From Candidatus Poseidoniaceae archaeon (lineage in GTDB: Archaea > Thermoplasmatota > Poseidoniia > Poseidoniales > Poseidoniaceae), in NCBI GenBank assembly GCA_049438185.1, contig JBMTJI010000006.1, forward strand, positions 10,859-74,858: a stretch of DNA of 64,000 nucleotides, written 5' to 3'. Under the pieces are notes generated by a model. That model searched no databases and had not been told where the DNA came from. It saw nothing but the letters and a program-made list of their open reading frames with translations. The position numbers were made by a program, and so were the translations under genes. This document shows, in pieces, positions 57,345 to 64,000 of this stretch (position 1 is the first letter of the stretch; every line of letters begins with the position of its first letter).

Positions 57345-58928
57345 TCAACTGTAAACTGGGAACTTGCCACCACCATAACTGACGGGTCCCTCTAATGCAA
57401 AGACTCGATCTCGCTGAACGCGTTCGAAATCGTTGTCTTTGTCGGAATAGGCGAGTGGTCGGTAGTAGGCGTTAATGTAGGTGCCATCCCTATTTGGATC
57501 CGGTTGTTCAATCCAATCGATGAGTGCGGATGCAGTATGCAGTAGCCACTTGTTGTTCGTTACATCAACAGATGCCTCGATGTAGCAACTATCCAATTCG
57601 ATGTTGTTCTCATTGCACCATTCCGTTGACATTGGTAGTTGGATATAGCCCCATGCGTGAGCTTCCCATTTTGTGTACGATTGACTTGAAAGAATGCCAA
57701 AGACATACCATCCAGGAATGCCCTTGGCTCGAAGCAAACTCAAGAATGCGTTCGTCTGTTCGTCACAGTCCCCTTGGCCTGCAGCAAGACAAGCAGGTCC
57801 GCTTAATGCGGGTGAGCCTGAGCCAGGGTCGGTGTAATACTCGATGTTTTCTCGAATGTAATCAAAAGCTGCCTTGGCAAACTTGAATGCGTTCTGATTG
57901 TTTTCTGGAAGATTTGAATCAATAGCTGATACAGCAGCAATAACGGTTGCACCAGTCGCATCAATAGCGTAATCAGGTCGATTTTTGTCGTACCATCGTA
58001 TGGCTGTGAAATCGTCAACTCGTTCACCAGATCCACGGTTTTCAAAATCATCAAACGTACCACTGTTCTGCTCAAGTATGCCGGATGCGAAACCAGGAAT
58101 TCGAGGATCAACGCCCTCATCTGCATCAGACCACCACGTATACGACTTCGAACTAATGGTCACAAGATACTCAAACGATGTAGCTTGGTTTGGACCAAGA
58201 TTGATGGTCACCTTGACACAAGGGCCGCCAATACAGTACTGGCTTCCAGTCCCCGATGTCCCAGGCCACCATACTTTGTGCCCACTCGCAGTTGTAATGG
58301 CTTCAGCATAGGTTCGTATTGCAGAGTTTTCAAGTGGAATATTGATCGACTGGCCATCGATTCGCAACTCAATCGATGTAACGTCCTGAATTTTCTGATT
58401 CGGGACATCTTGTGTGCCATCGGTATAGGTATACATCGAATTGCTATCCTCAAGGGCGTAAATGTCCGGTGAAATTGGCAATGTCTCGTTAAAGTACTCG
58501 CTCATGTCACTGTCCATATTCTCAAATGAAACGATTCGATTAAGGGTGTAATCTGCTTCGATGTCATACACCAAATAACCTGACGTTGGATTCATGATGA
58601 ATTCTTTAACTTCTGAAATTTTACCCATGGTCATTTCTCTCGCTTGTGGTGAAAGCATGATGAATGCGACGAGTCCGAGCATGATGAGGCTGCGAAAACG
58701 ATTCTTTCGACCCTTGAGGATATTCTTTGTTCTTCCACGATCGGTTTGGACAAGTCCTCTTCGCTGTGGTGTCGTGGTCATCTTGTACGCAGAAACGTGG
58801 TTGTGACGGTCTTTTTGCAGGTGGATTCGATGTTCCATAATCGAACTGTTGGCTAAAACCCTCCCACAGGAGTAGCAGATGGTATCACCATCCAGCGTCG
58901 TCGCAGCACAGTACGGGCAAGAACCCAT
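57345..58928 (-). CDS. Membrane-anchored transglutaminase-like protein with N-terminal Zn-ribbon
   Basis: CPYC..CYSC, one TM, then GDCDEQ, HAW and DVT (catalytic triad pattern). Confidence 0.8.
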   Translation of the reverse strand: MGSCPYCAATTLDGDTICYSCGRVLANSSIMEHRIHLQKDRHNHVSAYKMTTTPQRRGLVQTDRGRTKNILKGRKNRFRSLIMLGLVAFIMLSPQAREMTMGKISEVKEFIMNPTSGYLVYDIEADYTLNRIVSFENMDSDMSEYFNETLPISPDIYALEDSNSMYTYTDGTQDVPNQKIQDVTSIELRIDGQSINIPLENSAIRTYAEAITTASGHKVWWPGTSGTGSQYCIGGPCVKVTINLGPNQATSFEYLVTISSKSYTWWSDADEGVDPRIPGFASGILEQNSGTFDDFENRGSGERVDDFTAIRWYDKNRPDYAIDATGATVIAAVSAIDSNLPENNQNAFKFAKAAFDYIRENIEYYTDPGSGSPALSGPACLAAGQGDCDEQTNAFLSLLRAKGIPGWYVFGILSSQSYTKWEAHAWGYIQLPMSTEWCNENNIELDSCYIEASVDVTNNKWLLHTASALIDWIEQPDPNRDGTYINAYYRPLAYSDKDNDFERVQRDRVFALEGPVSYGGGKFPVYS

Positions 58929-59014
58929 GCCTTCTTGGTTGAGCAGTCATGGTTTAATGGTTGTGTGAGATGACCGACCAAACGATTGATACGTGAGGTC
59001 TTGGGGGCGCGAAA

Positions 59015-59815
59015 TCACTCCTCTTCTGCTTGAATTGAGTTTGGCTGTTGAAGAAGTCTCGCAGCGACCTGTTTTTCCCGCTTTTTATCCGCTTGCATTC
59101 TTCGCCATCGTCGACGACCTTCTTTGGGTACTGAATCCCAAACCCATTTCTCTGCTGAATCCTGAACCAGCAGGATTGGTGGAATGATGAAAACCCAAGC
59201 CAGTGGGCTAAACCAAGCGAAATAGAACATTGTGAGCGAAGATGCTCTCCAGAATGTAGCTCTGAAAATAGCACCCCATCGCTTTCCTCTCAACATGAGC
59301 GTTCCATGAAATGCCGTGATGATGGCTTCAACTCGTGGTGCGAAAAACCCGATGAGCAATACTGTTAGGACATCCTGCAATCCATCGATCCCAGTCTGAA
59401 CTTTTCTCGTGATCAAAACGATGGCGAGCATCCCTCCAACTGCAAGACCGAGCGCCCATCCACTGGTTGCTTGTGAGCCGCCTTTTCGAACACGTTTTCG
59501 ACGAAGCAAAAAATGCATACCAATCGTTGCAATTAGAGGGATGAGAATCAGGCGAACGAGATTTAATTCCGCTGTTCGAGTCCCTGTCACTTGAGCCTCG
59601 TAATAGGGCAGAAACAGTGAGCTATCTGCATACGAAGCAAACGCCCCTCCGAGAAGGATTCCCCAAAACACCTGATTCCATGCAGTTGGCAAGTCATAGA
59701 ATCCAGAATATTTTGTCATCACTCCGCGCCAGCCCAACGTCATACCGATGAGGCCACATATTGCGGCAATCTGGAACGTGACAAAATCATTGACCACAAC
59801 ATATCCTGATAACAC
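59015..59815 (-). CDS. Hypothetical multi-TM membrane protein
   Basis: About 7 hydrophobic segments and an Arg-rich C-terminus. Confidence 0.6.
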   Translation of the reverse strand: MLSGYVVVNDFVTFQIAAICGLIGMTLGWRGVMTKYSGFYDLPTAWNQVFWGILLGGAFASYADSSLFLPYYEAQVTGTRTAELNLVRLILIPLIATIGMHFLLRRKRVRKGGSQATSGWALGLAVGGMLAIVLITRKVQTGIDGLQDVLTVLLIGFFAPRVEAIITAFHGTLMLRGKRWGAIFRATFWRASSLTMFYFAWFSPLAWVFIIPPILLVQDSAEKWVWDSVPKEGRRRWRRMQADKKREKQVAARLLQQPNSIQAEEE

Positions 59816-59883
59816 GCATACATAAGTTGGTTAGGAGTAAATGTGAGCAATGAGTTCAAACACCACCACAAAGTGTCATGGTC

Positions 59884-61134
59884 ATGGCGAGATTGTTGTT
59901 GTTCGGAGGAAAGGGTGGTGTTGGGAAAACAACAACCTCAGCATCAACCGCAGTATGGCTCGCAGACTCTGGTCTGAAAGTCCTTCTCGTATCGAGCGAT
60001 CCTGCTCACTCCACTTCGGACTCGCTTGGCGTTGACTTGTCATCGGAACCAACACCCGTTGATGGTGTACCTGGTCTGTTTGGCTTGGAATTGAACCCCG
60101 AAGCGAAGTTATCGACCTTTATGCCTAAACTTGGTGAAAGTCTCTCGGGCATGTCAACTTCTCCACTTGCAGCTTTTGGCGGTCTTGGTGGAATGTTCGA
60201 CCAATCAGCAAAAGAAGAAATGGAATCCATCAAAGAAGAGGTAGATTCGAGTGAATTAGTCCTTCCTGGACTCGATGAGGCGATAGCCTTTGATGAATTA
60301 CTCAAACATGTTGAAAATCCAGCATGGGATGTGATTGTATTCGATACGGCTCCGACAGGACATACACTTCGCTTCCTTTCCTTGCCAGAACTCATCGAGG
60401 CTTGGTCTGGACGTTTGCTTCGAATGATGCGAGTCTCTGGCGGTCTTCGTTCGATGCTTTTTGGACGGAAGCAAAGCGATGCCATGAAAGAAGAACTTGA
60501 GCGATTCCGCCGACGTGTTCTTCATGTACGCCGAGTATTGAGCGACCCATCAACAACCTCGTTCACCCTCGTGACCATTCCCGAACGGATGGGTGTGAAC
60601 GAAACCGTACGTGCAAATGCTTCACTGAACGAATACGAATTGCCCGTGACGGGATGTTTGGTCAATCGCGTAACACCCGAACTTGATCATCCATTCCTCC
60701 AGAGACGCCGTACCGAAGAACAAGGACACATTGCTGAGTTGGAAGACACGCTTAATATTCCAGTTACGACAATGGATTTGTTTGACTCTGAAGTACAAGG
60801 ATTGGAGCGATTACGAACGTATGGATCTCTTTTGTACGGAGAACCAAAGACACTTGGTGAGGAACTTGGACCGTACTCTGTAGGTGACCGATTGCATCAT
60901 TCCATCCATCGAGGTACATTTACGGAGATGGGAGATGGTGTTGAAATTATTCACCTTCATTTCCCTGGTTTGGAACGAGATGACCTTTCCTTACGTAGCG
61001 AAGAAGGTGTACTCTATGTCGGTGTCAACGGCCGAGAACATGCAATTCCAACAACTTCTCCAGCAAAATCGACACAGGTCAAGGCAAAACTTGAGGACGA
61101 TGTCCTTCGGCTTGAAGTTCCTCTCGATGAATGA
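59884..61134 (+). CDS. ArsA/Get3-family ATPase with C-terminal HSP20-like domain
   Basis: GGKGGVGKTT, SSDPAHS, PGLDE and DTAPTGHTLR; the tail FPG..RDDL.L..EE.VL...AKLEDDVL.LEVP resembles an alpha-crystallin domain. Confidence 0.85.
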   Translation: MARLLLFGGKGGVGKTTTSASTAVWLADSGLKVLLVSSDPAHSTSDSLGVDLSSEPTPVDGVPGLFGLELNPEAKLSTFMPKLGESLSGMSTSPLAAFGGLGGMFDQSAKEEMESIKEEVDSSELVLPGLDEAIAFDELLKHVENPAWDVIVFDTAPTGHTLRFLSLPELIEAWSGRLLRMMRVSGGLRSMLFGRKQSDAMKEELERFRRRVLHVRRVLSDPSTTSFTLVTIPERMGVNETVRANASLNEYELPVTGCLVNRVTPELDHPFLQRRRTEEQGHIAELEDTLNIPVTTMDLFDSEVQGLERLRTYGSLLYGEPKTLGEELGPYSVGDRLHHSIHRGTFTEMGDGVEIIHLHFPGLERDDLSLRSEEGVLYVGVNGREHAIPTTSPAKSTQVKAKLEDDVLRLEVPLDE

Positions 61135-61175
61135 ACATCCGTTGGATTGAAAGGAGAAGGCTTGGTGGGTAATTT

Positions 61176-62546
61176 ATGGCGCTTGAAGGCCTATCACGTG
61201 GAATTTTCCGTTCACTCGGACTTCTTCGTAGCAAGCGTCGATTAAATGAAGAAGAACTCAAAGAAATGACCAAGAGTCTTCGTCGCGCTTTGCAAGAGGC
61301 AGATTTTAACGTTCGTCAAACAAAGGAAATCGTTGATCGCCTTGAAGAAAGAATGCGAGAAGAGGAACCACGTCCTGGTATCGATCTTCAGACGCATGCG
61401 ATGAATATCCTCTATCTCGAACTGGTTCGTATCCTTGGCAGTAGCCATGAATTCCAGCCGCGTGGTGCGACGCTTCTTCTCGTTGGGTTGTACGGACAAG
61501 GTAAGACGACCACGACCGCAAAACTAGCAGAATGGTATCGAAAAAAGCACGGTTTACGCGTTGCAGTGATTGAAGCCGACGTTCATCGTCCCGGAGCCTA
61601 TGCTCAACTTTCACAATTGCTTGAAGATTCAAGCGTTATGGTCTATGGAGAACCAGACGAGAAGGATGCGGCCACTATCGTGCGAAACGGTCTTGCAGCA
61701 TGTTCTGCTGCAGATTTGGTTATCGTCGATACAGCAGGACGCCACCAACTTGATGAAGAACTCGTTGAAGAATTAGAGCGCATTGCAGCAATAACAAGAG
61801 CAACGGAGCGATGGTTGGTTATTGATGCGCAGGTTGGGCAAGCTGCAGGTCCCGTAGCGGCCTCCTTCCATGACCTTGCTGGTGTAACAGGTATTGTTGT
61901 TACAAAACTGGACGGTACTGCACGTGGTGGTGGGGCACTGTCGGCTGTTGCTGCAACTGGTGCTCCATTGGTTCACATCGGTGTTGGTGAGAAGGTTTCG
62001 GATCTTGAAAAATTTGAAGCAGACCGTTTCATTTCACGACTTCTCGGGATGGGAGACATTCGTGGTCTGATTGACCTTGCACCCGAGGATTTGGATGAAG
62101 AGGAAGCAATGCGTTTGACGCAGCGTCTCATGTCCGGACGATTCACATTGAACGACATGTACAAACAGATGGAAATGATGGCAAAAGTCGGAACGATTGA
62201 CAAACTCATGTCGTTCCTTCCTGGTAGCATGTTTGGTGGGCTAGGTGGGATGTCAAAATCACAAAAAGAAGCCATGCAAGGCAATCTTGACCGTTATCGA
62301 ACCATTATGGATTCCATGACTGCTTGGGAGAAAAATGAGCCTGCAAAAATTAAGGCTGAACGCATTCAACGTATCGCTCGTGGTTCAGGTGTTAAGGAAA
62401 AGGATGTTCGCGAACTCATTGCACAATGGAAGCGTTCTCGCAAGATGATGAAGGGAATGGGTGGAAACCGTAAGTTGAACAAGCAAATGAGGAAGATGAT
62501 GAAGGATGGGGAGATGGATATGGATCCTTCATCGTTTGGAATGTAA
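61176..62546 (+). CDS. srp54: Signal recognition particle protein SRP54
   Basis: ADFNV, G.YGQGKTT, DTAGR, TKLDGTARGG and a Met-rich M domain with SMT..E and RIARGSG. Confidence 0.96.
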   Translation: MALEGLSRGIFRSLGLLRSKRRLNEEELKEMTKSLRRALQEADFNVRQTKEIVDRLEERMREEEPRPGIDLQTHAMNILYLELVRILGSSHEFQPRGATLLLVGLYGQGKTTTTAKLAEWYRKKHGLRVAVIEADVHRPGAYAQLSQLLEDSSVMVYGEPDEKDAATIVRNGLAACSAADLVIVDTAGRHQLDEELVEELERIAAITRATERWLVIDAQVGQAAGPVAASFHDLAGVTGIVVTKLDGTARGGGALSAVAATGAPLVHIGVGEKVSDLEKFEADRFISRLLGMGDIRGLIDLAPEDLDEEEAMRLTQRLMSGRFTLNDMYKQMEMMAKVGTIDKLMSFLPGSMFGGLGGMSKSQKEAMQGNLDRYRTIMDSMTAWEKNEPAKIKAERIQRIARGSGVKEKDVRELIAQWKRSRKMMKGMGGNRKLNKQMRKMMKDGEMDMDPSSFGM

Positions 62547-62561
62547 GCATTGTGTGATCGC

Positions 62562-62888
62562 ATGCGTCTCTATCACAATCCACGTTGCTCAAAATCAAGG
62601 CAAGCCGTTACGCTTCTGATAGAGGCAGGTGTAGAATTTGAGGATTATCGATACCTCTCCGAAGGCATCCATTCGGATGATCTTGAAATTCTTTCAGCCT
62701 TACCCGATATACTTCGACGAAACGATGTGGTTGGTTCATTCGATTTGGGAAATCTCAAATCCGATGCAATCAAAGAATTGCTTGTTGAACAACCAAAGTG
62801 CCTTGAGCGACCCGTACTTGTTTTCAATGGTAAGGCAGTGATTGGAAGGCCACCAGAGAAGATACTCGAATTTCTCCAACATCAATAG
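62562..62888 (+). CDS. ArsC/Spx-family arsenate reductase-like protein
   Basis: YHNPRCSKSR, LERP and IGRP motifs. Confidence 0.85.
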   Translation: MRLYHNPRCSKSRQAVTLLIEAGVEFEDYRYLSEGIHSDDLEILSALPDILRRNDVVGSFDLGNLKSDAIKELLVEQPKCLERPVLVFNGKAVIGRPPEKILEFLQHQ

Positions 62889-64000
62889 GTCTTCGCTAGA
62901 AGTACACGACGTTTGGTTGGTTTTCCACTCATGTGGCATGGCAATTCATCTGTGAAAGAATCCGTCGAATCTCCAAGGAATGTGAGTCCTGTTGCTCGCT
63001 CAATCGCCTCTGCATGAGCATCTGTACCGTCGAAAGGTAATTCGTAAATGTGGCCATCCTTGACTTCTCCATCCATCTTCCATTCACCGTTTTCTTCGAC
63101 AAATGGTGGGAGTGGTTGAATCACATGTTCCATGTGCTGAGTTGAACGTTCCCTCAAGACATCGGAAATTTCGTTCAACACCTCGTTCACAGATTGAACG
63201 ATGGATTCCATTGGTAAGGGTTGTTTTCCACCTGTTCGTTTTGCTGCAAAAGCAGTTCCCTGTTCGACATCACGTGGCCCAATATCCAATCGAAGAGGGA
63301 CGCCTTTTATCTCCCAATCGTAATATTTCTGGCCAGGATGCAGGTCACGGTCGTCAACATGTACTCTCAAACCTGCGTCTCGCAGCGTATCTGCAACTTG
63401 ATGTGAAATTGCTACTGTATCAACTTCTGAATTCTTTCGAATCATTGGACAGATGACGACTTGCCATGGTGCAATCGCCGGCGGCATAATCAATCCAGAG
63501 TCATCGCCATGCATGCCGACAACAGCCCCCAGTAGTCGTTCAGACATCCCATATGTTGTCTGATGGACGTGTTGTTGCTTTGCATCCAGATTCTCGTATG
63601 TAATATCAAATGCCTTTGCCCATTGATCGAGATAGTGGTGACAACTTGCAACCTGTAGTGTTCGTCCATTCGGCATGACGGCATCGATTCCTATCGTGTA
63701 GTGTGCGCCAGGGAAGGTGTCCCATACAGGACGCTTTGCCTTGATGATTGGTAGGCACAATTTCTCCATCAACCGGTCAACAATTTCCAAATCTTGCTCA
63801 ATCTGCCGCGTAGCATCGGCTTCATCGGCATGTGCTGTGTGTGCTTCAAAGAAGTGAATCTCACGGACTCGGATAAACGAACGTGTTTGTTTCGTTTCAT
63901 ATCTGAACGTATTGACCATTTGGTATACTTTCAGTGGTAGGTCTTTGTGGCTACGAATCCACAATGGAAACATTGTGTACATTGCAGTTTCACTGGTTGG
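62882..64000 (-). CDS. proS: Proline-tRNA ligase (archaeal type), 5'-truncated
   Basis: PTSETAMY at the window edge, FRYET, YGMSER and C-terminal AKTY. Confidence 0.95.
   Translation of the reverse strand, partial: PTSETAMYTMFPLWIRSHKDLPLKVYQMVNTFRYETKQTRSFIRVREIHFFEAHTAHADEADATRQIEQDLEIVDRLMEKLCLPIIKAKRPVWDTFPGAHYTIGIDAVMPNGRTLQVASCHHYLDQWAKAFDITYENLDAKQQHVHQTTYGMSERLLGAVVGMHGDDSGLIMPPAIAPWQVVICPMIRKNSEVDTVAISHQVADTLRDAGLRVHVDDRDLHPGQKYYDWEIKGVPLRLDIGPRDVEQGTAFAAKRTGGKQPLPMESIVQSVNEVLNEISDVLRERSTQHMEHVIQPLPPFVEENGEWKMDGEVKDGHIYELPFDGTDAHAEAIERATGLTFLGDSTDSFTDELPCHMSGKPTKRRVLLAKTY

Noticed and set aside
59015..59815. PrsW/YhfC-like intramembrane protease call
   Set aside because: Only a weak G.ALGL..G resemblance; the EExxK catalytic motif was not found.
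59884..62888. Arsenic resistance operon (arsA plus arsC)
   Set aside because: No efflux pump or regulator, the ATPase lacks metalloid-binding cysteines, and srp54 lies between the two genes.
1..64000. tRNA, rRNA, SRP RNA, CRISPR array, transposase or integrase
   Set aside because: Intergenic gaps are mostly under 150 nt and show no cloverleaf, repeat-spacer pattern or recombinase motif by eye; a covariance-model scan would be needed to exclude small RNAs.

Overview
Gene-dense archaeal chromosomal segment with about 60 CDS and very short intergenic gaps. Gene content (archaeal EF-2, uS7 and uS12, exosome-proteasome superoperon, TiaS, ArtA, SRP54, archaeal-type ProRS and GlyRS, IDI1-GGPPS fusion, large acidic membrane-anchored surface proteins) points to Thermoplasmatota, most likely Marine Group II (Poseidoniales); this is inferred from gene content only. 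No rRNA, tRNA, CRISPR array or mobile element was found. Most notable: (1) a MamK-like actin operon (actin, membrane protein, sirtuin) with a structured AT-rich upstream region; (2) a dispersed isoprenoid cluster: thiolase plus Zn-less DUF35 partner, IP kinase, eukaryote-like IDI1 fused to GGPP synthase, AMPD-type UbiD, Nudix; (3) a Get3-like ATPase with a C-terminal HSP20-like tail directly upstream of SRP54; (4) a 1763-aa Lhr helicase with apparently two tandem AlkZ-like repeats; (5) a circularly permuted PhoX with a PGF-CTERM-like tail, plus ArtA in the same window; (6) a recurring non-canonical TATA-like box (TTCATGAA and variants) ending 21-22 nt before many start codons. All family calls are from motif recognition; no searches were run.
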